64,000 nt of DNA from an uncultured Natronomonas sp. Its GTDB lineage: Archaea > Halobacteriota > Halobacteria > Halobacteriales > Haloarculaceae. Numbering within the stretch: the first letter of the stretch is position 1; the number at the start of each line of letters is the position of its first letter. The stretch lies in NCBI GenBank assembly GCA_964488035.1, contig CAZATR010000001.1, forward strand, positions 391-64,390, in the 5' to 3' direction. Both the position numbers and the translations under genes were made by a program. The notes under the pieces are model-generated. The model was not told the origin of the DNA and made no database searches. It saw only the letters and a program-made list of their open reading frames with translations. Shown here piece by piece: positions 9,680 through 19,726 of the stretch.

Positions 9680-10825
9680 ATGCTCTCACTGACGGACGAG
9701 CAGCGGATGTTCGTCGACACGCTGGAGACCCTCGCGTCGCGGGAGTTCTCGGACAAGGCGTTCGACTGGGGTGGCGAAACTCCGTGGGAGAACGTCGAAC
9801 TGCTCGCGGACCGCGGGTTCTACGGGATCAACATCGCCGAGGAGTACGGGGGCGGCGGCATGTCGGAACTCGAGGCGCTCCTCTCGATCGAGGTCGTCGG
9901 CCGGGTCTGTCCCAACACGGCGAACGTCCTCTACACCCAGCAGGTCGTCGCACCGCGGGCGATCGAAATGTTCGGGACGGACGCCGCGAAGGAGCGATAC
10001 CTGCCGCCGGTGACTCGGGGCGAGGACATGATCGCGATCGCGATCTCCGAGCCCGGCTCCGGCTCGGACGTGAAATCCATGGAGACCACGGTCCGGGAGG
10101 ACGGTGGCGACCTGGTGGTGAACGGTCAGAAGATCTGGGTGAGCAACGTCCGGGAGTCCAGCGCGGCAGTCGTCTGGACGAAGTTCGAGGACGATGGCCT
10201 GGGGTCGGTGATCGTCGACCTCGACGATCCCGGGATCGAGATCCAGGAGCACTACACGAACATGTTCGGCGAGGAGCAGACGCAGTTCCACCTCCACGAC
10301 GTCGTCTTGCCCGAGGAGAACGTCCTGACGCGGGGCGAGGACGCCTTCGGGAAGCAGCTCCGGGCCCTCAACTGGGAGCGGCTCGGGAGTTCCGCGATAG
10401 CGAACGCGCTCGCGGCGAACGCCCTGGACAAAGCCCTCGAGTACGGGGCCCAGCGTGAACAGTTCGACCAACCGATCGCGGAGTTCCAGGGGATCGAGTG
10501 GAAGTACGCGGACATGGTCACCCAGCTTCGGGCGTCGCAGTCGCTCACGTACGGCGCCGCGGAACGCGCCGTCGACCGGGGACGGATTCCGGACCGGCTG
10601 GACACCTCCATCGCGAAACTCTACTCGGCGGAGATGGTCGAGGACGTCGTCAGCGAGGCGCTCCAAATCCACGGCGCGAACGGCTACCAGCAGGGCCACC
10701 CGATGGAGTACCTCTACCGAATGGCCCGGGCGAGACGGATCGCCGCCGGAACCGACGAGATGCAGCGCAACACCATCGCATACACGGTGAAGAAAAACGG
10801 GCTCGGGTCAATCCTCGAGCGCTGA
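9680..10825 (+). CDS. acyl-CoA dehydrogenase family protein
   Basis: AISEPGSGSD, NGQKIWVSN, REQFDQPIAEFQG, ALQIHGANGY, IAAGTDEMQR. Confidence 0.93.
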   Translation: MLSLTDEQRMFVDTLETLASREFSDKAFDWGGETPWENVELLADRGFYGINIAEEYGGGGMSELEALLSIEVVGRVCPNTANVLYTQQVVAPRAIEMFGTDAAKERYLPPVTRGEDMIAIAISEPGSGSDVKSMETTVREDGGDLVVNGQKIWVSNVRESSAAVVWTKFEDDGLGSVIVDLDDPGIEIQEHYTNMFGEEQTQFHLHDVVLPEENVLTRGEDAFGKQLRALNWERLGSSAIANALAANALDKALEYGAQREQFDQPIAEFQGIEWKYADMVTQLRASQSLTYGAAERAVDRGRIPDRLDTSIAKLYSAEMVEDVVSEALQIHGANGYQQGHPMEYLYRMARARRIAAGTDEMQRNTIAYTVKKNGLGSILER

Positions 10826-11221
10826 ACCCTCGACCACCGCCGTCACGCGAGCCTCGAATTCGTCTGCCGTCATCTCGATCACCGTGTTCGCCGCGTCGTC
10901 CCGGTGCCGCGGGATCCGGAATCCCCTCGTGCCGTCGATCTCGATCCACCAGCCGTCCGTGCGGACGTCGTACGCAACCAGCGAGAGCGAGACGTCCAAC
11001 TCGTCCGCCAGCGACGCCACCACGTCGGCGACGGTGACGTCGTCGCTGAACCGCGGTGGGCGGAACGGGGGCAGGTCGTACCGTTCCCGGAACCGTGCCT
11101 GTTCGACCCAGCCGGGCGGATAGTCCCCGGGATCGTCGAGAATCCGGTCGTGTGTCGCACGCGTCTCGGGGAACGGCCCCGTCTGGTCGGTCGCGGGATC
11201 CGGTGGATCTGACCGGGGCAT
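10808..11221 (-). CDS. hypothetical protein, third gene of the amidohydrolase-Rieske operon
   Basis: Acidic 137-aa ORF with halophile-like composition, starting 7 bp after the Rieske stop on the same strand. Confidence 0.65.
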   Translation of the reverse strand: MPRSDPPDPATDQTGPFPETRATHDRILDDPGDYPPGWVEQARFRERYDLPPFRPPRFSDDVTVADVVASLADELDVSLSLVAYDVRTDGWWIEIDGTRGFRIPRHRDDAANTVIEMTADEFEARVTAVVEGSALED

Positions 11222-11228
11222 CCGCCGG

Positions 11229-11621
11229 CTACTCGGCCCCGTGTTTCGTCTCCGAGGCCGTCGGCGACCCGGTCACGACGTACACCGTCCCGTCCTCGAT
11301 CTCCGTGTCGTACGTGATGAGCTTGTAGCGGGGATCCGAGAGGAACTCGCCGTTCGTCAGGTCGAACTCCCAGCCGTGCCACGGGCAGGCGAGGATCTCG
11401 CCGTCGCGATCCCAGCCCCACTCCCACTCGCCGGCCTCGTGGGAAATCATCCCCGAGAGTTTACCCTCACAGACCGGCCCGCCGGCGTGAACGCAGTAGT
11501 TCGCGACGGCGACGTACTCGCCGTTCGCGTTGAACACGGCGATCTCGCTCCCCTCGATCTCGCGGATGATGCGGTCGCCCGCCTCGAGATCCGTGGTCTC
11601 GCAGACTTCGTGCCGGCTCAT
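11229..11621 (-). CDS. Rieske [2Fe-2S] ferredoxin
   Basis: CVH...CPWHGWEFD (CxH / CxxH) Rieske motifs. Start overlaps the upstream stop (ATGA). Confidence 0.93.
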   Translation of the reverse strand: MSRHEVCETTDLEAGDRIIREIEGSEIAVFNANGEYVAVANYCVHAGGPVCEGKLSGMISHEAGEWEWGWDRDGEILACPWHGWEFDLTNGEFLSDPRYKLITYDTEIEDGTVYVVTGSPTASETKHGAE

Positions 11622-12727
11622 TGCAGGTCGAACACGTCGGCCGCGTTGCCTCCGAACACGTTCTCGACTCCCTCGGTCCCGAAGTGGTTCCGGATCATGT
11701 TGAACAGCTCCTCGGGGGTGTCGAAGTCGTAATGGGGGTAATCCGTCGAGAACATCAGCGACTCCGTCCCGTCGAACATCTCGATCATCCAGGCGAGGTG
11801 TTTGGTCTGCTGGGGTTCGGCCATCGGCTGGGTCGTGAAGTAGAAGTTGTCCTTGATGTACTCGCTGGGGCGCTTCCGGAGGCCCGGGAACTCCGAGCGG
11901 CGTTTCTCGTACTCGTTGTCCAGCCGGTACATGGTGAACGGGATCCAGCCGATACCCGCCTCCTGGAAGAGCACGTCGAGGTCCGGATACTGCTCCGTGA
12001 TCCCCTGGCCGATGAGGCTCGTCATCTGGATCATCTGCGTGAACGGGTGGCTGACGACGTGGAGTTCGCCGTAGGACTTCAGCCCCCGTTTGATGAACGG
12101 GTGGGCGCTGATGAACGAGCCCGTCGCGCCGTGGAGCACGAGCGGGAGGCCGGTGGCCTCGAGTGCGTCGAAGATCGGTTCGTACCGGCGGTCGCCGAGG
12201 GGCGGGTAGATCCCGGTCGACCCGATGATCGCGGCGACCATCTCCGGGTGGTCGGCATGTCGGTGGATCTCCTCGGCGGCCTTGTCCGGCGCCAGCGGCG
12301 ACAGTGTGATCGCACCCCGGAAGCCCTCCGTGCCGGTGTCGAGGAACTCCTCGACGAGGAAGTCGTTGTACGCCTTCGCGAGCGCGTGGGCGAACCGTTC
12401 ATCGGAGAAGATCGGGAGATAGAGGTTCAGCGTGGGCGTGATCAACACGTAGTCGAGGCCGAACCGGTCCATCGCCTCCCGCTCGGCGTCCGAGGTGCTG
12501 ACGTCGTCCCACTCGAGTTTCCCCCCGAGACTCCGGAACAGTTCGTCCTTCGGGTAGCTCGGGACGGCGACGTTCGCTCCCTCCTCGTCCCCCCCGCCGA
12601 ACAGGCTGGCGTACGGTTCGTCGAGATACGGGACGAGCTGTTCCGCCCGTTCCGAGATGTGTGCATCGGCGTCGACGACGAGGTCGACGTCCTCGATGGA
12701 GCGGAGGTTGGTGGTACTCTCTGACAT
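11618..12727 (-). CDS. amidohydrolase_2-fold protein, probable dinuclear-metal oxygenase type
   Basis: VDADAH, LVLHG, SHP, QEAG.GW, RKRPSEY, FSTDYPHYDFD. Confidence 0.88.
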   Translation of the reverse strand: MSESTTNLRSIEDVDLVVDADAHISERAEQLVPYLDEPYASLFGGGDEEGANVAVPSYPKDELFRSLGGKLEWDDVSTSDAEREAMDRFGLDYVLITPTLNLYLPIFSDERFAHALAKAYNDFLVEEFLDTGTEGFRGAITLSPLAPDKAAEEIHRHADHPEMVAAIIGSTGIYPPLGDRRYEPIFDALEATGLPLVLHGATGSFISAHPFIKRGLKSYGELHVVSHPFTQMIQMTSLIGQGITEQYPDLDVLFQEAGIGWIPFTMYRLDNEYEKRRSEFPGLRKRPSEYIKDNFYFTTQPMAEPQQTKHLAWMIEMFDGTESLMFSTDYPHYDFDTPEELFNMIRNHFGTEGVENVFGGNAADVFDLQ

Positions 12728-12821
12728 CGGTCTAGTTCAACCGGGCCAGGAGAAAAAGATATTGCGGTAGTTCCAGCCCGTGAACCACCCGGTTTTTACC
12801 GACACCCGGCGTGGCATGGGT

Positions 12822-13787
12822 ATGCGTTCGATCGTCTACCGTGAGTACGGCGGGCCGGAAGTGCTCGAAGTGGCGACCGTGTCGAAGCCCGAGCCCCGCC
12901 CCGGGGAGGTCCTCGTCGAAGTCGACGCGATCGGGGTTAACCCGACCGAGACGTACCCCCGCGAGGGACTCGGCTCGGTGCCGCTTCCACGGACGCCGGG
13001 CGGTGACGTGGCCGGCCGGGTCGTCGCCGTCGGTCCGGGCGTACAGGCGTTCGAGGTCGGCGACAGGGTGTTCGGGACGGGACTCCAGAACGACCGACAG
13101 GGGACGTACGCGGAGTACGTTCCCGCCCGCGTCGAACGGCTGGCGCCGCTGCCCGACGCGGTCAGTTCCGTCGATGCCGCGGCGATCGGCGTCGTGGGCG
13201 TGACGGCGTGGCAGGCTCTCGTTGACGTTGCCCGTGTGCGACCGACGGATCGCGTCCTCGTCCACGGCGGCAGCGGGGGTGTCGGCCATGTCGCCGTCCA
13301 GCTCGCCGGACTCGCTGGTGGCGACGTCGTGGCGACGGCCGGGACGGAGAGGGCCCGCGAACGCGTCCGCGAGCTGGGCGCCGATGCCACTGTGGACTAC
13401 GCCGACCCGGATCTCGCCGACGCGATAGCCGTGGCGATGGACGGTCACGGGATGGACGTGATCCTCGACCACCGGGTCGGCGACTACCTCCAGCTCGATA
13501 TCGACGTGAGCGCGACCGGCGGCCGGATCGTCGGGATCGGGTCGCCGCGGGACGACTGTCGGATCGACGGCCTGCTACCGGCATTGACGAAGGACGTGAC
13601 CGTCCATTTCGTGAGCATGAGCAACACCCCCGAATTGCCTAGCGTGCTCGAACGGCTCGCGACGCTGCTCGCCGACGATCGCCTCACGGTCGATATCGCC
13701 CGCGAGTTCGACCTGGCGGACGCGAGCGAGGCCCACCGGACTCTCGAATCGGACCACTTCGTCGGGAAACTGGTTCTCCGGCCGTAG
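12822..13787 (+). CDS. NADPH:quinone oxidoreductase (MDR, zeta-crystallin-like)
   Basis: YGGPEVL, GVNP, PG.DVAG, GTYAEY, HGGSGGVG, GKLVL; no Zn ligands. Start 12816 or 12822. Confidence 0.9.
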   Translation: MRSIVYREYGGPEVLEVATVSKPEPRPGEVLVEVDAIGVNPTETYPREGLGSVPLPRTPGGDVAGRVVAVGPGVQAFEVGDRVFGTGLQNDRQGTYAEYVPARVERLAPLPDAVSSVDAAAIGVVGVTAWQALVDVARVRPTDRVLVHGGSGGVGHVAVQLAGLAGGDVVATAGTERARERVRELGADATVDYADPDLADAIAVAMDGHGMDVILDHRVGDYLQLDIDVSATGGRIVGIGSPRDDCRIDGLLPALTKDVTVHFVSMSNTPELPSVLERLATLLADDRLTVDIAREFDLADASEAHRTLESDHFVGKLVLRP

Positions 13788-13791
13788 TCCG

Positions 13792-14544
13792 TCAGTAGTA
13801 TTTCGTGGTGAGCGCGCCGTCGACGACCAGCAGGTGGCCGTTGACGTACGTGGCGAGATCGGACGCGAGGAACACTGCGGCGTTCGCAACCTCCTCCGGC
13901 CGTCCCAGCCGCCCGGCGGGATGGGCGTCCAGGATCTGCTGGCCGTGCGACGTCTCCTGGACCCCCTTGCTCGCCTCCGTGTCGATCAGCCCGGGCAGGA
14001 TGGCGTTCGCCCGGAGGCCCTCGGCCGCGAAATCCAGCGCGAGTTGTTTGGTGAGGTTCGAGACCCCGGCCTTGCTCGCACAGTAACCGGCCTTCCGGGT
14101 CGTCGCCTGCCGGCCGGCGACGGAGGAGATGTTCACGATGCTCCCCTCCGCGTCGAGCAGGGCTGGCAGCGCCCGCTTGCAACACCGGAACGTCCCGGTG
14201 AGGTTGACGTCGATCACGCGCTGCCAGTTCTCGAGCGACAGGTCCCGGACCGAGCCATCCCGGAAGTAGGCGGCGCTGTTCACGAGCATGTCGGTCCCGT
14301 CGAACGCGTCGTCGGCGACGGCGAACAGCGCGTCCACGTCCGCCGCATCGGTCACGTCGGTTTCGACGAACTCGCCCCGTGTCCGGTCGTCAACGAGTTC
14401 GGCCGTCGGCGTGCCACCACCCCGGGGTTCGCGGCGGAGGTCGGCGACGACCACGTCGGCACCGGCGTCCGCATACGCTAGCGCGATGGCGCGACCGATC
14501 CCACTCGCTCCGCCGGTGACGACGGCGGTGTTCCCTTCGAGCAT
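13792..14544 (-). CDS. SDR family NAD(P)-dependent oxidoreductase
   Basis: TGGASGIG, VNSA, NISS, YCASK, PGLIDT, GRLGRPEEVA, VDG. Confidence 0.93.
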   Translation of the reverse strand: MLEGNTAVVTGGASGIGRAIALAYADAGADVVVADLRREPRGGGTPTAELVDDRTRGEFVETDVTDAADVDALFAVADDAFDGTDMLVNSAAYFRDGSVRDLSLENWQRVIDVNLTGTFRCCKRALPALLDAEGSIVNISSVAGRQATTRKAGYCASKAGVSNLTKQLALDFAAEGLRANAILPGLIDTEASKGVQETSHGQQILDAHPAGRLGRPEEVANAAVFLASDLATYVNGHLLVVDGALTTKYY

Positions 14545-14656
14545 CGTGCAACATTTCGATGACCCACACATAACGGTTGTGTCGCCGATGGATTCCGGCC
14601 GGCCGAACGAGATGCAATGTTTAACGTCGGTGCGCGCCGACCGCTACGCGAAGCAC

Positions 14657-15700
14657 ATGGCTACCGAACGTCTCTGCCGGTCGTTCCAGACCGCACCTGT
14701 CGCAGCCGACCGTGAAGACAGCGGAAAGTATCTCGAATCGGGCTTCACCCGGGATGGGTTCGAGGCCCCCGATTGGCTCGTTCCTGACCTCGAGGACGGA
14801 ATCGCGCCGTCGCGACGTTCGGAGGGGATCGACAACACCGTTCGCCTGACGTCGACCTACGCCGACGAGTTCACCGGGGAGGTCTGGCCACGCATCCAGT
14901 GGAGCTACGACGACCCGGAGAAACGGTCGAACGGCACCGAGCAGATCGGGACGCTGATCCGTGAGCTGGGCGCCAAGCTCACCGGGTTCGTCGTGCCGAA
15001 AGTGGGGCGGCTCGAGGACGTCGAACGAGCGGTCCAGGTCATCCGGGACTCCGAATCCGACCACGGACTTCCGGACGGAACGTTCGAGATGAGTCCGATC
15101 ATCGAGACGGCCCGCGCCAAGTCGGATCTGCGCGAGATCGCCAGGTTCGGTGCGGACTCGCGCATCCACGGGCTGGTGTTCGGGCCGGTCGACTACGCGG
15201 CGGAAGTCGGGGGTCGGAAGATCGGCGGGACGTGGCCGACGTGGCGAGAACTCGTCGCCGACCTCTCGAACGAAACCAGCGCGAACGGGCTGGTCGGGAT
15301 CGGTGGCCCGTTCGACCAGATCTTCCACGAACGGGCCGGCGTGACTGTGTACAACGCCGATCGGTACGCGGAACACGCCGAACGCGAGGCGCGCTACGGC
15401 CTCGACGGGAGCTGGTCGCTCCACCCGAACCAGACGGTGCAAGCGAACCGGATCCATATGCCCTCGCCGGCGGAACTCGAGGAGGTCCTCTCCGCTACCG
15501 AGGCGTTTCTGGAGGCGAAACACGCCGGCAGCGGCGTCATCGTGGAGGGCGGCCAGATGGTCGACGAGGGCACGTTCAAGAACTACGTCAACACGCTTCG
15601 CTCCGTACTCGCGATCCACGACACGCACCCCGAACAGACCGACCAACGGTACTCGACGGCACAACTGGATCGCGTCATGGCCCTGGAGTCCGAACTGTAG
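14657..15700 (+). CDS. citE: L-malyl-CoA/beta-methylmalyl-CoA lyase (haloarchaeal CitE/Mcl family)
   Basis: RLCRSFQTAP, GFEAPDWLVPDLEDG, PKVGRLED, IIETA, FGPVDY, GSWSLHP, GQMVDE; closely resembles the Haloarcula Mcl sequence as recalled. Confidence 0.88.
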   Translation: MATERLCRSFQTAPVAADREDSGKYLESGFTRDGFEAPDWLVPDLEDGIAPSRRSEGIDNTVRLTSTYADEFTGEVWPRIQWSYDDPEKRSNGTEQIGTLIRELGAKLTGFVVPKVGRLEDVERAVQVIRDSESDHGLPDGTFEMSPIIETARAKSDLREIARFGADSRIHGLVFGPVDYAAEVGGRKIGGTWPTWRELVADLSNETSANGLVGIGGPFDQIFHERAGVTVYNADRYAEHAEREARYGLDGSWSLHPNQTVQANRIHMPSPAELEEVLSATEAFLEAKHAGSGVIVEGGQMVDEGTFKNYVNTLRSVLAIHDTHPEQTDQRYSTAQLDRVMALESEL

Positions 15701-16128
15701 GCGTTCCGTCAATACGAACGACGCGACGGTCCAGTTCCCGCAACGTCCGGAGACGGTGCACCGCCCCGAAGCCCCCCGATTCACCGGGACCGCCCGTTCC
15801 AAACGTGTCCCGCCGTGACGTCTCGTGTCGTCCGACCTCGGCCTGCATCGAGACCCGTACCACCGTGGCTCGTTCCGACGCGCCGTATCCACATCATCGA
15901 TTCCGTTCGCAACGCGACGTGGAGTGTCGGACCACCGACCTGGGCTGGAAGGGGTCCGCGCCACCTCCGTTCCATATCGACGAATCCGGGCTACCGCCCG
16001 ATAGCCTGGCCCTGCCGTGCCGGCCAGGGCGACCCTGCGGCCGCGGGTGGACTGGCCGCGTGGGACCCAGGGACCGTACCGGGACGATGGGAAGAAATTT
16101 AATCGCCCTGTTCGTCCGTACACGCGGT

Positions 16129-16611
16129 ATGGTTTCCGGTGACACGCTCCGAATGGTGTCTGGACAGTTCGCGACGGGCGTCACGGTCGTGACGGTGGAC
16201 GCGGACGGCGGCAACCACGGGATGACCGTCAATTCGTTCGCGTCGGTCTCGCTCGATCCACCGCTGGTGCTCTTCAACGCCGACATCGACACGGATTCAC
16301 ACGACCTGATCGCCCGGGAAGGACACTACGCGGTGAACATCCTCTCGGCGGACCAGGAATGGATCTCGAATCGGTTCGCCGGCGAGCACAAGGAGATGGA
16401 CGACCCCTTCGAGGACGTCGAGTACACGACGGATGCGACCGGTGCCCCGATCCTCACCGACGCGCTCGCCTACATCGACTGTACGGTCTGGGAGCAGTAC
16501 GACGGGGGCGACCACACCATCTTCGTCGGCGAGGTCGCGGGCATGGACATCCTCGACGAGGATGCCGACCCCCTCACGTTCTTCCGCGGCGACTACGGAA
16601 CCATCGACTGA
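16129..16611 (+). CDS. flavin reductase (HpaC/DszD-like)
   Basis: FATGVTVVT, GMTVNSFASVSLDPPLV, GDHTIFVGEV, PLTFFRGDY. TTTAAT box about 30 bp upstream of ATG. Confidence 0.93.
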   Translation: MVSGDTLRMVSGQFATGVTVVTVDADGGNHGMTVNSFASVSLDPPLVLFNADIDTDSHDLIAREGHYAVNILSADQEWISNRFAGEHKEMDDPFEDVEYTTDATGAPILTDALAYIDCTVWEQYDGGDHTIFVGEVAGMDILDEDADPLTFFRGDYGTID

Positions 16612-16963
16612 GGGTCCCTCCCGGGGTGCCGCGAACGCGTGTCGGGGCTCCGTTCTCCGAGGGAACGTGAGCGGCAAAGCGCGATCGAATCACCCGAACT
16701 CAACCGGGCATCGAGGCTCCCACGGGGACGACCCTGGAGTCGCCGATCCGGCCCTGCCGTCACTCCCGGTCCGGACGACGCCCGAGGACCGGACTCTCGA
16801 CGGGACTCGCCGCCGTCGGCCGCCAGGCGAGGCCGTCTCCCAGGACGGTTCGCTTATCTCGAACGATATTGGCGTGCCGGGCGGCGGCGGTCCTCAGCAA
16901 CCGCCGCCGGAGCCGTGCCGGGGTATGGGATACCTTTATCCCCGATTCGGGGCACGTGCGAGT

Positions 16964-17476
16964 ATGGTTCGACGACACCGTCGTTCGGTGCGGGTATCGG
17001 CGGTACAGCGTCCCGCCCGGGGAGAGGTACTCGAGGGCAGCACCGATGGGATCCAGGTCGCCGACCGGCCCGCCCCGGCGCGGAGCCGCGAGGGTCGGAA
17101 TTCCACAGTGTCCGAGGTCCTCCCCGGGGCCGCCAGGAGCCCGCGGCGCGGCACATCCGACGACGACCTCGGGATCCACGACACCAGGAGGAACGACGGC
17201 GTCGGGACGTGGTTCCCACCATCGGCGACCACGCCTGCGGCGGTAACCGCCGAACGTCGTCCCGGTGGCGCGGCGGACACACCGGCGAATCGAGCGTTCG
17301 ACGTACGGGAACGCGAGAGCTGGTCGGAGGCGGCGTCGATCGCGACGGTCACCGACCCCGACGGGGACAGAGAAGGCGTCGACGGCGGGCCGCTCCGTTC
17401 CAGGCACGACGATTGGAGCGGCTTCACACATCCGAGGGCCGCCTACCGAGCGGGGTGGGAGGGGGTTCGGGCGTGA
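16964..17476 (+). CDS. possible hypothetical or decayed ORF coupled to the CoA-transferase gene
   Basis: ATG about 28 bp after a TTTATC box; its stop overlaps the GTG of the next gene (GTGA). Composition is Arg-rich and atypical. Confidence 0.25.
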   Translation: MVRRHRRSVRVSAVQRPARGEVLEGSTDGIQVADRPAPARSREGRNSTVSEVLPGAARSPRRGTSDDDLGIHDTRRNDGVGTWFPPSATTPAAVTAERRPGGAADTPANRAFDVRERESWSEAASIATVTDPDGDREGVDGGPLRSRHDDWSGFTHPRAAYRAGWEGVRA

Positions 17477-18936
17477 CGCCCCCGCGTGCGACCGACCGGG
17501 TCACGGGCGACCTCGACGAGCGAACCGTCGCGGCGGCCGCGGCGGACGTTCCACCTGATGCGACGGTCCTCGTGAGTGGCTTCGGGAGCGTCGGGTACCC
17601 GAAGGCGGTTCCGAGCACACTCGCCGCGAGCGGCCGGGACCTATCGCTGACCGTCATCAGCGGGGGGAGCGGCGGCCCCGCTCTCGACGTCGAGATGATG
17701 GCCGCCGGCCAGATCGCCCGACGATATCCGTTCCAGGCGACGCCGGAGGCCAGATCCAAGATCAACGACGGGACAGTCGCGTTCCACGACCGGCACATCT
17801 CGCGGCTCGGCGACGAGGTGAGGTTCGGCGGGCCGTGGGACCCCGACCTCGCCATCGTCGAAGCGATCGCCGTCGGCGAGGACTGGCTCGTTCCGGCGAT
17901 GTCAATCGGCCCGACGCCGGACTACGTCGAGGCCGCGGACGAACTCATCGTGGAAGTGAACGCCGGTCCGCCGCTCGCCCTGCAGCGCCTCCACGACGTC
18001 TACCGACACGACGACCCGCCGAACCGCGGCGCGAATCCGCTCTCCGCCCCGGACGAACGCATCGCCGATCAGTTTATCCGGTTCGATCCGGGAAAGCTCA
18101 CCGCCGTCGTCCGGACCGACCAACGGGATACCGGCTACGAATTCCGTGAGCCGACCGACCGGGATCGACGGATCGCCGAGAACCTCGCCGACGTCATCAC
18201 GGCGGAGCTCGCGCGGAACCCCATACTGGAGCGCCAGGTGAACATCCAGTTCGGCGTCGGCAGCCTCGGCAACGCGCTCATGGGTGAGCTCTCGACGATC
18301 GACTTCGGGTCCCGCCAGGTCAACTACTACGGCGAACTGGTCCAGGATGGCCTCATCGACATGCTCGACGACGGGGTGCTCGACGCCGCGAGCGCGACGT
18401 CACTCGCCGTGACGCCGGCGTGTCAGGAACGGCTCTTCTCGGACATCGACCGGTATGCCGACGACATCGTCCTCCGTCCCAGCTACGTGTCGAACGATCC
18501 GAACCTCGTCGATCGGTTCGGCGTTATCGGCGTCAACAGCGCCCTAGAAGTCGACATCTACGGCAACGTCAACTCCACCCACATCGGCGGATCTCGGGTC
18601 GTCAACGGCATCGGTGGAAGCGGCGACTTCAACCGACACAGCCCACTCGCCATCACGGCACTGGGATCGGTGACGGGTGACGGGGAGCACTCCCGGGTCG
18701 TCCCCATGGTGTCCCACGTCGACCATACGGAACACGACGTCGACGTGCTCATCACCGAGCACGGTGTCGCCGACCTCCGGACCCGCTCACCCCGGGAGCG
18801 TGCCCGGGCTGTCATCGAGATCGCCCACCCGGAGTACCGGGATGCACTCCGCGCGTACCTCGAGCGGGCGGAGCAGGCCGGGGGCAACACCCCCCACGAC
18901 CTCGAAACCGTGTTCGACTGGCAGGATGGCGCGTAA
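17473..18936 (+). CDS. acetyl-CoA hydrolase/transferase (succinate CoA-transferase-like)
   Basis: SGFGSVGYPKAVP, QFGVGSLGNA, NSALEVDIYGNVNSTH, NGIGGSGDF, HVDHTEHDVD, TEHGVADLR. GTG start preceded by GGAGG. Confidence 0.92.
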   Translation: MTPPRATDRVTGDLDERTVAAAAADVPPDATVLVSGFGSVGYPKAVPSTLAASGRDLSLTVISGGSGGPALDVEMMAAGQIARRYPFQATPEARSKINDGTVAFHDRHISRLGDEVRFGGPWDPDLAIVEAIAVGEDWLVPAMSIGPTPDYVEAADELIVEVNAGPPLALQRLHDVYRHDDPPNRGANPLSAPDERIADQFIRFDPGKLTAVVRTDQRDTGYEFREPTDRDRRIAENLADVITAELARNPILERQVNIQFGVGSLGNALMGELSTIDFGSRQVNYYGELVQDGLIDMLDDGVLDAASATSLAVTPACQERLFSDIDRYADDIVLRPSYVSNDPNLVDRFGVIGVNSALEVDIYGNVNSTHIGGSRVVNGIGGSGDFNRHSPLAITALGSVTGDGEHSRVVPMVSHVDHTEHDVDVLITEHGVADLRTRSPRERARAVIEIAHPEYRDALRAYLERAEQAGGNTPHDLETVFDWQDGA

Positions 18937-19708
18937 TGCGTCGGCCGCCATCCCGACGTCGCCCGTATCCTGCAGGACGCGTTCCACACCCCGGTGGTCG
19001 CTCCCCGTCTCCCGACGGGGACGCTGGGATTTCGAACGGGCGCTCTGCCGTCCCGCACCCCCGAACACGTCCGACCGTCCGGCGGGCAGGGATCGCCTCG
19101 GCGTCCCTCGAGCACCCGTCTCATAGGGCCTCGGACGGCTCGCGAGCCCATTCGTCATGCCCACATCCGGCCGTCGTCCGACATCGCGGCCGGTCCCGGT
19201 CCTAACCTTAACATCCGTATTCTCGTTAGTAGTATTCCAGGTCTCGGGCCCCATCAGGGACTGAATTCGCCGTATCGCCCCGTCCCGACGTGAACGAGTC
19301 GGTCGATCCGGAGTTCGATCCGAGTGAGCACGGAGGGTGGCTCCGGCAACGGCCCGACGTCAGACCGGAGTGACGCCGGGGCCACGTTCCGGGGCCGGCA
19401 ACGAAGCCTATTTCTAATAATATATCATGAACTGATATGTTCTACCCGTACGAGGAACGAAACGGTCGGATCGAACGGACTAGCGATCGGCCAGAACTGC
19501 TCCATCCGTCCCGGAACGAACCCGCTCGGTGGCGGGTTCGAACGCTCGCCGACGGTGCGGCGGCGATTCGAAACCTCGACGAAGGCGGTACGATATCGGT
19601 ATCGCATCGAACGGGCAGTGTCGCCGAAAGAGAGTGTCGGACTCGTCAGCGTTCCGTTCGTGCCAGCCGGATGGGCGACGGCGACCGCGTCCCAGCACGA
19701 ACAATAGT

Positions 19709-19726
19709 TGTAGAATCGATACTACA
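19709..19726. promoter_or_regulatory. near-perfect 18-bp palindrome TGTAGAATCGATACTACA in an AT-rich spacer
   Basis: Self-complementary except one symmetric pair, inside a 1.1-kb noncoding gap. Confidence 0.35.

Noticed and set aside
16639-17472. Apparent 278-aa N-terminal extension making a 765-aa CoA-transferase fusion
   Set aside because: The extension is low-complexity Arg-rich open frame; homology starts at GTG 17473, which has a ribosome-binding-like GGAGG.
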